Shown here: positions 55,864 to 64,000 of the stretch, in pieces | Layout: the number at the start of each line of letters is the position of its first letter | How positions within the stretch are numbered: the first letter of the stretch is position 1 | DNA from: Candidatus Poribacteria bacterium | GTDB lineage: Bacteria > Poribacteria > WGA-4E > WGA-3G | Direction: 5' to 3' | Assembly: GCA_022825665.1 (NCBI GenBank) | Contig: JAJDWI010000091.1 | Coordinates: forward strand, 7,160 to 71,159 | Length of the DNA stretch: 64,000 nt | Made by a program: the position numbers and the translations under genes | Notes under the pieces: generated by a model | Databases searched by the model: none | Told to the model about the DNA's origin: nothing | Seen by the model: only the letters and a program-made list of their open reading frames with translations

Positions 55864-58197
55864 CTATGGCGTAGATTTTCCTGCCCATTGACACCTTTGT
55901 ACCCAATCTTTTGCAGATAATATATCACCAAATGACAGTGATTCGTCTGCGGCAATACTGTCAAATATCCTTTCAGCAATTTTGTAATCTTTCTTACGAT
56001 ATGCATTAAGACCTAATAATCTTCTGGCTTTCATGTATAACTGTTTTGGCATTCTTTTTAAATCCGTTTCATAACCAATGTCTATGGCATGATGAATATA
56101 TTGTGAGCTCAATTCCAATGCACCTTCTATATGTAGGATCTCACCTGCCAAATAATATGCTAACCATTCATTGGGTTGTGCATTTATAATTTGCAGTAAT
56201 AGAGCGATTTTCGTCCCATTCTTCACACTATTATGTTGGTTTTGTGGAATCAGGACACTGCTTAGTTTTGCCTTGGATTCCATTGTATAAGATTCAGATA
56301 ATGCAGCAATACGTTTTAGGTTATTGTGTTCAATTGATTCACGCGGTTTGAGTGTTAATGCATTATTATATGACTTTATTGCAGCATCTAAATCTCCCTG
56401 AAGCCAAGAGATATCTCCCATTAGTTGAGTAGCCTCTGCTCTATACAGTGCATTGTTGTCAGAGGATATATTCTTTGCTATAGAAGTTGTAAGATCATTG
56501 TCTCCTGAGCGAAAAGCACTAAACATCATACCACGTTTTGTTCTTGAATTATTTGGTTCATGGTTAAGCATCGCTTGAAAGGTCTGCATTGCTGAAATAT
56601 AGTCATTATTGTAATATTCTTTCCACGCCTGTTTTCGCAACGCTGCTATTTCATGTGCACAAACCTGTTCAAAGATTCCTCCTCTCAATAATCGTGTTTT
56701 TGCATAAGTCATATCTTTTTCTTCCAACTGAATATTATTATCTAAAAATTCGATCCATTCGTTTTCTAAAACATATAAATCTCTGTTGTAACTCTTAGAT
56801 ATATTTCCTATTGGAAACGCATTTTTCATCTTCTCAATTCCGTATGTATCTATGAGGAATCGGATAAAAGAACCTGCCATTAGGTAACTACGAGAGCTTG
56901 CATGTCTCCAAAATCCGAGACTCATGACACTTGTGAGTGGAGGGGAAACTTTCAAGTCGCGCATCGCCTTAGCCCACTGATGAACAGTTAACTTGCCCTC
57001 ATCCCAATCTGCTGCTACAGCGACACCTTCATGGACACCTACATTCAAACTGACTTTCCATGGAGACCAATTAGCAGTCAATACATGTGCCAGTTCATGT
57101 TTTAAAACAGGATGAGGAAAACCTTGAGTATGAAGATGAAAACCGTGACCAAAAGGATCCTCAACAAAGGTATTTCCAGCCCCGATCAATCGTTTTTTCT
57201 GTTCTGGAGAGGAATATAGATATGCGCGAACTTTTTGTGTATTATCTATTTGCAAGTATTCTGACAACTGATAATATCTAAATTCGCAATCATTAATAAA
57301 AAGTTCTATCTCGTCTTCCAATTCGCGCGCATAATATATTTCAAAATGCTCTGTTTCTCGGTAGCCACCTAACTCTTGAGCGATGTCGTTGCGTGTTGGA
57401 CGTATTCCTATTTTACCGGAACTTATTTCTATACCAATCACCGCAATAAATAAAATGCACACAGGAATTATATTCCATATTGAACTTTTATTTTGAAACC
57501 ACAATAAATTACTCCACCGTATTCTTGGGATAAGGTTAGTCTTCCGACTAATTTCACATGTCTGGAACAAAAATATGATGAATAACAATGCCAAAACGAG
57601 TGCTTGTCCTCTTGATATCAGGAATGTAGGTGTGATTGATATTACAAAATCGTAGATTGGTCCAGGAAAATAGCCAATAATTGGATGATAGGCAAAAACT
57701 GGTGGATGAAAGATTAAATTATATACGGTAGGAATACACGAAAAAAATAAAAATGTTAGATAAATCAAATATGCAAACCATCGTTTTTCTAACCAAACAT
57801 TGAAAAATACCCCAGCAGCAGTTACAGTAATACAACTTAGTAGTGGTAACAATATAAAAAATAAAAAACCATCAACATAATTGCAATTCTTTATTCGAAA
57901 ACCATTAATTACAATAATAATCAATGGGAGTAAGATTATGATTAAATTTGATCTGAATCCACGGAAAATACATTTGCGTATAACATCACGGGGTGAACCT
58001 GACAAAGCAATAGGATCACGTTTCATAAGATGTAATTCTGTCATTGCTATATGAGCACCAGATATAGCAATACAGAGCGTAATAATAGCACAGAACTCAA
58101 ATGCAAGTATGTTAAACAGCGGAGTGTTGGCAAGTATTAATGCGATAACTCCAAAACTGATAAACCATACCCAGAATGAAAAGGTTTTATATATCAT
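55864..58197 (-). CDS. Polytopic membrane protein with a gluzincin (peptidase MA-like, HExxH) domain and C-terminal TPR repeats
   Basis: About 9 N-terminal TM helices are followed by VLKHELAHVLT ... VHEGVAVAADW (HExxH plus a distal Glu). TPR-like helical repeats run to the C-terminus. Confidence 0.6.
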   Translation of the reverse strand: MIYKTFSFWVWFISFGVIALILANTPLFNILAFEFCAIITLCIAISGAHIAMTELHLMKRDPIALSGSPRDVIRKCIFRGFRSNLIIILLPLIIIVINGFRIKNCNYVDGFLFFILLPLLSCITVTAAGVFFNVWLEKRWFAYLIYLTFLFFSCIPTVYNLIFHPPVFAYHPIIGYFPGPIYDFVISITPTFLISRGQALVLALLFIIFLFQTCEISRKTNLIPRIRWSNLLWFQNKSSIWNIIPVCILFIAVIGIEISSGKIGIRPTRNDIAQELGGYRETEHFEIYYARELEDEIELFINDCEFRYYQLSEYLQIDNTQKVRAYLYSSPEQKKRLIGAGNTFVEDPFGHGFHLHTQGFPHPVLKHELAHVLTANWSPWKVSLNVGVHEGVAVAADWDEGKLTVHQWAKAMRDLKVSPPLTSVMSLGFWRHASSRSYLMAGSFIRFLIDTYGIEKMKNAFPIGNISKSYNRDLYVLENEWIEFLDNNIQLEEKDMTYAKTRLLRGGIFEQVCAHEIAALRKQAWKEYYNNDYISAMQTFQAMLNHEPNNSRTKRGMMFSAFRSGDNDLTTSIAKNISSDNNALYRAEATQLMGDISWLQGDLDAAIKSYNNALTLKPRESIEHNNLKRIAALSESYTMESKAKLSSVLIPQNQHNSVKNGTKIALLLQIINAQPNEWLAYYLAGEILHIEGALELSSQYIHHAIDIGYETDLKRMPKQLYMKARRLLGLNAYRKKDYKIAERIFDSIAADESLSFGDILSAKDWVQRCQWAGKSTP

Positions 58198-58345
58198 GGA
58201 TAATTATTTTGGTATACTTTAGATTAATAGCCTTAAAAACCTATATATTTTATTATCCGCTATCGATATTTATATCTGATATTTATTGCTATCATTTTAA
58301 ACAGAACATTAGTCAATGTCAAATGAAATAAGTCCATTGTATAAC

Positions 58346-58375
58346 TTGACACATTAGCAAAATCTATGTTAAGAT
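58346..58375 (+). promoter_or_regulatory. Sigma70-type promoter upstream of the SOD gene
   Basis: TTGACA (58346-58351), an 18-nt spacer, then TAAGAT (58370-58375). A GAGGTG RBS precedes the ATG at 58406. Confidence 0.45.
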
Positions 58376-58405
58376 GTTATTATATATACAGAACGAGGTG
58401 AACTA

Positions 58406-59131
58406 ATGAATCGCAGAAAGTTTTTAGTCAATGGTAGCACAGTATTAGCAGGACTTTTTATCGCAAAAAGTCCATTTAGTCTATATGCAGATCACCATGA
58501 ACATGGGGACCATACCCATGGTTATGAACTACCCAAACTCAGATATGCATTTGATGCTCTTGAACCACATATTGATAAACGGACAATGGAAATTCATTAC
58601 GGAAAGCATCATCAAGGATATGTTAACAAACTCAATGCAGCGGTTGGAGACAACCACGATTTAGCAGACCAGTCAATTGAGGATTTACTTAGAAATATTG
58701 ATAAAGTTCCCATGAAAATCCGACAATCAGTTATAAATAGTGGCGGTGGACATGCCAACCACACACTTTTCTGGAGTACCATGATTCCGGGGGGTAGAGA
58801 ACTGAAAGGTAAAGTTGCTGAATCTATGCAATCTACATTTGGTTCACTTGATGCTGCAAAAGAGAAATTCACTAACACTGCAAAAACTCATTTTGGATCA
58901 GGTTGGGCATGGCTCGTAGTAGATGAGAATAAAAAACTACAGATCTATGCTACAAAGAACCAAGACAGTCCATTTATGCAGGGACATACACCGATTCTTG
59001 GACTTGATGTTTGGGAACACGCTTATTATCTTAAATATCAGAACAGACGGGCTGATTATATTGAGGCATGGAGTAAAGTAGTCAATTGGACACAGGTTAA
59101 TCTCAACTACACCACAGCAATGAAAGCGTAA
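58406..59131 (+). CDS. sodA: Tat-exported Mn-type (SodA-like) superoxide dismutase with a His-rich mature N-terminus
   Basis: Twin-arginine leader [28 protein letters not shown], then [11 protein letters not shown]. The SOD core has [21 protein letters not shown] (Mn-type signature) and [18 protein letters not shown]. Confidence 0.8.
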   Translation: MNRRKFLVNGSTVLAGLFIAKSPFSLYADHHEHGDHTHGYELPKLRYAFDALEPHIDKRTMEIHYGKHHQGYVNKLNAAVGDNHDLADQSIEDLLRNIDKVPMKIRQSVINSGGGHANHTLFWSTMIPGGRELKGKVAESMQSTFGSLDAAKEKFTNTAKTHFGSGWAWLVVDENKKLQIYATKNQDSPFMQGHTPILGLDVWEHAYYLKYQNRRADYIEAWSKVVNWTQVNLNYTTAMKA

Positions 59132-59141
59132 AGGTAGTATT

Positions 59142-60278
59142 ATGGATCGTAGAGATTTTTTAAGAAACAGCGGATTAACGCTTACAGGATTACTGTTGAG
59201 TCCTTGGGCAGTATATGCCTTTCCAAGCCGCGAAGGTGAGATACTGTTACCATTTATAGACCAACCCCCAGAACCACCTTCAAAACGGGGGTTGCTTGAT
59301 TGGAATGAATTAGATTCCTTCATTACACCAAATGATAAATTCTTCAACGTATCACATTATAATAAGCCTAAAGTTGATGTTGTGACTTGGAATTTGGAAA
59401 TCAGTGGATTGGTTGAAAATCCAGTTCAACTTACTATTGATGATATAAAAGCACGTCCAAAGAAGGATATTACCTTTACTTTGGAGTGTTCCGGTAATCA
59501 TGGTTTCCCAACATTTACTGGTGCGATTGGAACAGCAAAATGGGGAGGGACTCCACTTGCACCGATTCTCAAAGAGGCAGGAATTAAAGAGGAAGGTATA
59601 GAAGTAATCTTCTTTGGACACGATTCTGGGGAGGAGAAGCGACGTGGTGTTACTATGCGTCAGAACTTCGCTCGGAGTATGTCAGTAGAAGATGCTTTAC
59701 AGGACACTAATTTACTCTGTTATGAGATGAACGGTGAACCGTTGCCACAACCTAATGGTGCCCCTCTTCGTCTGATTGTCCCTGGATGGTACGGTATTGC
59801 TTGTGTAAAATGGCTAAAACGGATTGAAGTACGTGATACCCGTTTTATGGGTAGATTCATGGGACGTGATTATGTAACTATACGCGAAGAGAAACGCCCC
59901 GACGGTGAAACAGTATGGATGGAAACATCGGTTGGTAGAACACAGATAAAGTCGTTAGCTGCAAAGGTGACATTGCTTGATGGAAATTACCGTATCTACG
60001 GGGCAGCATGGGGTGCACCGATTCAGAAAGTTGAGGTAAGTATTGACGGTGGACCTTGGCAAGAAGCAACTATTGACACTGAAGAAGATGCTGAGTTTGC
60101 ATGGAAAATATGGCATCTCAATTGGGAAAACCCAACATCTGGAGAACATACCGTTGTATCTCGTGCTATAGACACGAAAGGGAATATCCAACCTGCAGCT
60201 GATTCAGATTTTATAAAGGGTAAACATACCTATTGGGAAAGTAATGGTCAGGTTGTACGGAAAATTAATATTGAATAG
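59142..60278 (+). CDS. Tat-exported sulfite-oxidase-family molybdopterin oxidoreductase (no heme partner adjacent)
   Basis: Twin-arginine leader MDRRDFLRNSGLTLTGLLLSPWAVYA. The Mo-ligand Cys context is TLECSGNHG. LRLIVPGWYGIACVKWL and a C-terminal Ig-like dimerisation domain are present. Confidence 0.8.
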   Translation: MDRRDFLRNSGLTLTGLLLSPWAVYAFPSREGEILLPFIDQPPEPPSKRGLLDWNELDSFITPNDKFFNVSHYNKPKVDVVTWNLEISGLVENPVQLTIDDIKARPKKDITFTLECSGNHGFPTFTGAIGTAKWGGTPLAPILKEAGIKEEGIEVIFFGHDSGEEKRRGVTMRQNFARSMSVEDALQDTNLLCYEMNGEPLPQPNGAPLRLIVPGWYGIACVKWLKRIEVRDTRFMGRFMGRDYVTIREEKRPDGETVWMETSVGRTQIKSLAAKVTLLDGNYRIYGAAWGAPIQKVEVSIDGGPWQEATIDTEEDAEFAWKIWHLNWENPTSGEHTVVSRAIDTKGNIQPAADSDFIKGKHTYWESNGQVVRKINIE

Positions 60279-60289
60279 AGGTTACGAAT

Positions 60290-61057
60290 TTGGTCAATAT
60301 TACAGATGAACAGAAACTCCAATACCAAGAAGAAGGCTATTTCATTTTAGAAAATGTTATTCCTGAACCGCTTCTGGAATTGCTTCGTGGTGAATGTGGT
60401 ACATTCATAAGTCAGATGGATGCTCGTATGGAGCAAGAAGGGAAAGATGTCCTTGGTCTTAACCATCGTAATAAACGATACTTTGTTTCTAACTGCTTCA
60501 GACAACAGCCGAAACTCCGCGAATTTCTTTTCAGTGATCTGATGGCAGAGGTATGTCGTGCCACCTTAGGTGATACAGCGTATCTATTTTGGGAACAGTA
60601 TGTTGTCAAAGGTGCGGAAGCAGGAATGAAGTTCAGTTGGCATCAGGATTCTGGTTATGTTGGTTATCCTGATCACAAACCGTATTTGACCTGCTGGTGT
60701 GCACTTGATGATATGTCTGAAGAAAATGGAACAGTCTATGTCATGCCGTATTCTCATATTGGTATTCGTTCTTGGGTTAAGCATATCCGTGAAGAAGGAA
60801 GCAATGATTTGATAGGTTATTTCGGTCCTGAAAAGGGTGTACCTGCTATCGTTCCTGCTGGGAGTATTGTTGCGTTTACAAGCATTAATTTCCACAGTAG
60901 TGGAACAAATACTACTGACAATATGCGTCGAGCGTATTTGGCTCAGTATTCTGCGGAACCACTTCTTTCTCAGGACGGTAGTCGGTTATGGGGGAATGCA
61001 GAACCGATATTGAAAGATGGGAAGTCTGCTGTAGGTGAACCGCCACCTAAGTTATAA
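60290..61057 (+). CDS. PhyH-family Fe(II)/2-oxoglutarate dioxygenase
   Basis: TTG start follows GAGG. N-terminal YQEEGYFILENVI is present. The WHQDSGY (HxD) and distal FHSSGTN motifs are present. Confidence 0.65.
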   Translation: MVNITDEQKLQYQEEGYFILENVIPEPLLELLRGECGTFISQMDARMEQEGKDVLGLNHRNKRYFVSNCFRQQPKLREFLFSDLMAEVCRATLGDTAYLFWEQYVVKGAEAGMKFSWHQDSGYVGYPDHKPYLTCWCALDDMSEENGTVYVMPYSHIGIRSWVKHIREEGSNDLIGYFGPEKGVPAIVPAGSIVAFTSINFHSSGTNTTDNMRRAYLAQYSAEPLLSQDGSRLWGNAEPILKDGKSAVGEPPPKL

Positions 61058-61109
61058 TTCTCCATCTTAGATACTGAAATTAAATAGGAAAAACTCAGAC
61101 ATTTCTTTG

Positions 61110-62378
61110 TTAATTTCTTAATGTCTTGTTTCGTCTAAATTGCGTGAGAATATTCCCGATTTTATCCTGAATTTCACGTGCCTTTGCAGCAGACCCAACA
61201 TAATGACTGATAAGAATTCCAAACGCTAATACTTCTCCATCCATCGTGGAAGTATAACCAGCCAATGCAGAAACACCACTCAACGTCCCTGTCTTCGCAC
61301 GTAACACTTTCTCTGCATACATACCCTGCATCCTATTTGTTAGTGTACCATCAACACCAGCAATCGGAAGTGATGCCATAAACTCAGGCATTATCACAAA
61401 ATTGTGATACATATAGACCAGAAGATTTGTAAGCAATTCAGCATTAACAAGGTTGTAGCGAGAAAGTCCAGAACCGTCAACAAATCGATGTGTAGGGGTG
61501 TTGTCCATAATTTCACCTAAGAATTCAGAGACAGCATCTCTGCCTTTTTTCCAAGTTCCCGGTTCCCCTTTTACTTCCGCCCCGATGGACTTAAATAGGA
61601 ATTCTGCAATCCAATTGTCACTCGGTTTGTTCATCTGTTTTATAATGTCAGAAAGTAGAGGTGATAGATGTGTGGCAATTTTATTTGTTTCTATTGGGAC
61701 TGTTCCGACAACTACCTTTCCAGAAATTTCAATACCTTTTTGTATAAGAGCAGTTTTCAGTAGCTGTCCGCATGCTATCGCTCTATTACTTGATCTTTCA
61801 TCAGGTTCAATTTCTCTGATACTTAATCCACTAATTTGTAAAGGTCTATCATCCCACATCCAACCAGGACCTTCCCTAACAGTATCGAAATATGTCTCAT
61901 CAACAACTAAGTTTCCTTCAATTGATGTGATACCTGATTGAACTATCGAATCAGCTAAGTTTATTATATCATTAGACTGTAAGACTGGATCCGCACTGCC
62001 CTTGAGATAGATGTTTTCAACCACCTTACCGTCTGTTACTTTATCGGTGTACAGCGTTGTTTCAAATTGATGGTCTGGACCAAGTTTTGCCAACGCAGCA
62101 GATGCTGTAAATAGTTTTGTTGTTGATGCAGGATGGTGTAATTTGTGTGCGTTCTTGGAATAAATTACCTCTCCAGAATCTACTGAAACGACTTTTACAC
62201 CGATACTTGCAGTAGTAAATAAATCGTCTTGTAGAACATTGTCTATGTCGGAACGTAGTGATTCAATCGGATTGATTGTTATCTGTGGCGGGTGTGGTTC
62301 AGAAGGTTTAGATGTTATTAAACCACATCCTGTTAACACAAACATACAACAGAATAGAATAACTTTATAATTTCTCAT
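61110..62378 (-). CDS. dacB: D-alanyl-D-alanine carboxypeptidase/endopeptidase (PBP4, peptidase S13)
   Basis: Lipoprotein-like leader (FVLTGCG). The SxxK motif PASTTKLFT, the SxN motif KPSDNWIAE and KTG in AKTGTLSGV are present. Confidence 0.8.
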   Translation of the reverse strand: MRNYKVILFCCMFVLTGCGLITSKPSEPHPPQITINPIESLRSDIDNVLQDDLFTTASIGVKVVSVDSGEVIYSKNAHKLHHPASTTKLFTASAALAKLGPDHQFETTLYTDKVTDGKVVENIYLKGSADPVLQSNDIINLADSIVQSGITSIEGNLVVDETYFDTVREGPGWMWDDRPLQISGLSIREIEPDERSSNRAIACGQLLKTALIQKGIEISGKVVVGTVPIETNKIATHLSPLLSDIIKQMNKPSDNWIAEFLFKSIGAEVKGEPGTWKKGRDAVSEFLGEIMDNTPTHRFVDGSGLSRYNLVNAELLTNLLVYMYHNFVIMPEFMASLPIAGVDGTLTNRMQGMYAEKVLRAKTGTLSGVSALAGYTSTMDGEVLAFGILISHYVGSAAKAREIQDKIGNILTQFRRNKTLRN

Positions 62379-62461
62379 AATGTGTTAATAGTAGCACAGA
62401 TTTTTAGATTAGGAAAGCAAAACATGATGTCGTTCTACTTACCTAATTGCACACATTATTT

Positions 62462-62490
62462 TTGACTTTTGGTAAAAAATATGCTAAAAT
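62462..62490 (+). promoter_or_regulatory. Sigma70-type promoter upstream of cimA
   Basis: TTGACT (62462-62467), a 17-nt spacer, then TAAAAT (62485-62490). Confidence 0.45.
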
Positions 62491-62576
62491 TCCATTAGAA
62501 AAATAACGAGAATTGTCATATAAGGAGATACCAAATTTTGGTTTTGAAGGATGAATTAGTTTGTGAATAAAATAAT

Positions 62577-64000
62577 ATGAATAATCCAGAATTTGCTTTT
62601 AAACAAAACATGGTTGAATTTTACGATACAACACTCAGGGACGGTAGCCAAGCTGAAGGTGTAGCATTTTCCGTTGAAGATAAACTTATCATCATAGAAG
62701 CACTTGATAAGTTAGGTATTCGTTACATTGAAGGTGGTTATCCTGGTTCCAATCCCAAAGATATAGAATTCTTCAAACGTGCAAAAGAGATGACATTAGA
62801 ATCAGCAAAAGTTGTTCCTTTTGGTAGTACTCGTTATCCCTCCTATGATCCTGATGAAGACCCAAACTTGTCTGCACTACTTGAAACCGGTGCAAGGACT
62901 GTCACTATATTTGGAAAAAGTTGGCAATTACATGCTACTGATGTTTTACGGGTTTCAGCAGAAGAGAACTTGGAAATAATTGAGAGTTCTGTCAACTATT
63001 TGGTGGATAATGGACGTGAAGTAATCTACGATGCTGAACACTTTTTTGATGGGTATTCTGACGACTCGGAATATGCTATTGAGACTTTGCATGCAGCATC
63101 TGCGGGTGGTGCAAATTGTATCGTACTCTGTGACACTAACGGTGGAAGGTTACCTTTAGAAATTCAGGAAGGAGTGAAAGCAGCCATATCAGCACTTAAT
63201 TTACCAATTGGTATACATGCACACAATGACGCAGGTATGGGTGCAGCAAACTCAGTATTAGCTGTTCAAGCGGGAGCAAACCATATACAGGGAACTTTCA
63301 ACGGTTATGGAGAGAGATGTGGAAACGCAAATTTGGCATCTATCATCCCAACGATACAACTTAAACTGGGTCTTGAATGTATTAGTGACGAGCAGATGCA
63401 GGAATTGACTAGTGTATCACGGTTGATTAGTGAGTTGGCAAACTTGCCACATGACGAAAGACAACCCTATGTAGGTCGTTCTGCTTTTGCCCACAAAGGT
63501 GGTTTACACACAGATGCAATTCGTAAGAATCGACTGACCTACGAACATATTGAACCGGAAAAAGTTGGGAACACGCAACGTATCCTCGTATCTGATCAGG
63601 CTGGTCGTGGCACTATAATGAAAAAAATAGAAAAGGAATATCCTAATTACGATAAAAATTCTCCACAAGTTTTGGAGTTATTTGATCGTTTAAAAAAAGC
63701 TGAGAGTGATGGTTATCAATTTGAAGCCGCTGAAGCATCATTTGAATTGTTAACACACAGAGTTTTCAACGGGTATGAATCCTTTTTTGAGCATCTCGGT
63801 TTTCGCGTCATTATTGAGAAATTCACAGACCTTACTATGCGTTCAGAAGCAACTGTGAAGGTTACTACACCTGATGGGACAACAACTCATACTGCTGCAG
63901 ATGGTCATGGACCAGTCAACGCTTTAGATACTGCACTTAGAAAGGCACTTGAACTTTACTATCCATCTTTACAGAAAGTCCGATTAATTGATTATAAAGT
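62577..64000 (+). CDS. cimA: Citramalate synthase (IPMS/homocitrate synthase family), 3' end outside the window
   Basis: This gene is missing from the ORF track because no stop lies in the window. My translation reads MNNPEFAFKQNMVEFYDTTLRDGSQAEGVAFSVEDKLIIIEALDKLGIRYIEGGYPGSNPKD ... HAHNDAGMGAANSVLAV ... GERCGNANL ... HKGGLH ... GYQFEAAEASFELL. The alternative start is the ATG at 62610. Confidence 0.85.
   Translation, partial: MNNPEFAFKQNMVEFYDTTLRDGSQAEGVAFSVEDKLIIIEALDKLGIRYIEGGYPGSNPKDIEFFKRAKEMTLESAKVVPFGSTRYPSYDPDEDPNLSALLETGARTVTIFGKSWQLHATDVLRVSAEENLEIIESSVNYLVDNGREVIYDAEHFFDGYSDDSEYAIETLHAASAGGANCIVLCDTNGGRLPLEIQEGVKAAISALNLPIGIHAHNDAGMGAANSVLAVQAGANHIQGTFNGYGERCGNANLASIIPTIQLKLGLECISDEQMQELTSVSRLISELANLPHDERQPYVGRSAFAHKGGLHTDAIRKNRLTYEHIEPEKVGNTQRILVSDQAGRGTIMKKIEKEYPNYDKNSPQVLELFDRLKKAESDGYQFEAAEASFELLTHRVFNGYESFFEHLGFRVIIEKFTDLTMRSEATVKVTTPDGTTTHTAADGHGPVNALDTALRKALELYYPSLQKVRLIDYK

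Noticed and set aside
1-64000. Search for selenoprotein genes (in-frame TGA joining same-frame ORFs) prompted by selB and tRNA(Sec)
   Set aside because: I saw no pair of adjacent same-frame ORFs split by TGA, and no truncated-looking redox protein. All intergenic gaps other than the repeat islands are too short to hide one. The targets are presumably elsewhere in the genome.
1-64000. CRISPR arrays, rRNA genes, additional tRNAs, transposases, integrases and prophage genes
   Set aside because: None was recognised by eye. The only regularly spaced repeats are the 2-copy 24-bp coding duplication (24424-24471) and the iteron-like 11-mers (19017-19142), neither of which has CRISPR repeat-spacer structure.

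Overview
This is an AT-rich, gene-dense chromosomal segment with about 48 protein genes, mostly on the + strand, plus one tRNA. I saw no rRNA, CRISPR array, transposase or integrase. The host has a Gram-negative-type envelope: TolC, a TonB-dependent receptor, and Tat/Sec-exported lipoproteins. LamG, DUF1080, sulfatase, PhyH-dioxygenase, TPR and BNR/beta-propeller proteins occur together with an actinobacterial-type xylose isomerase. That mix resembles uncultivated marine lineages such as Poribacteria or PVC/FCB relatives, but this placement is inference only. Housekeeping blocks are scpA-scpB-thrC, lepA-lepB-lepB-selB-tRNA(Sec)-lipA-dapB, a dapL-like aminotransferase, dacB and a 3'-truncated cimA. 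Accessory content includes a TolC/adaptor/RND efflux locus split by a LamG gene and GC-rich repeats, plus xylA and cstA. The most interesting items are as follows. (1) A HigB toxin is followed by a HigA-N-terminal-like protein whose HTH is replaced by a long TPR array. (2) A four-gene putative soft-metal uptake module combines a small Cys/His protein, a His/Asp-rich lipoprotein, a TonB-dependent receptor and a MerC-like membrane protein. (3) An ECF sigma factor is fused to about 730 aa of BNR-type propeller. (4) A 1.1-kb non-coding island carries a consensus promoter, a 26-bp perfect palindrome and iteron-like repeats. (5) A coiled-coil protein overlaps an HNH nuclease gene. (6) A Tat-exported Mn-type SOD appears co-transcribed with a heme-less sulfite-oxidase-family enzyme. 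(7) A GHMP sugar kinase is fused to an NDP-sugar pyrophosphorylase. (8) A family of GTAG-headed hairpin (REP-like) repeats is dispersed through intergenic regions. All product calls come from motif-level recognition by eye. No database search or folding program was run, and start codons were refined only by RBS inspection.
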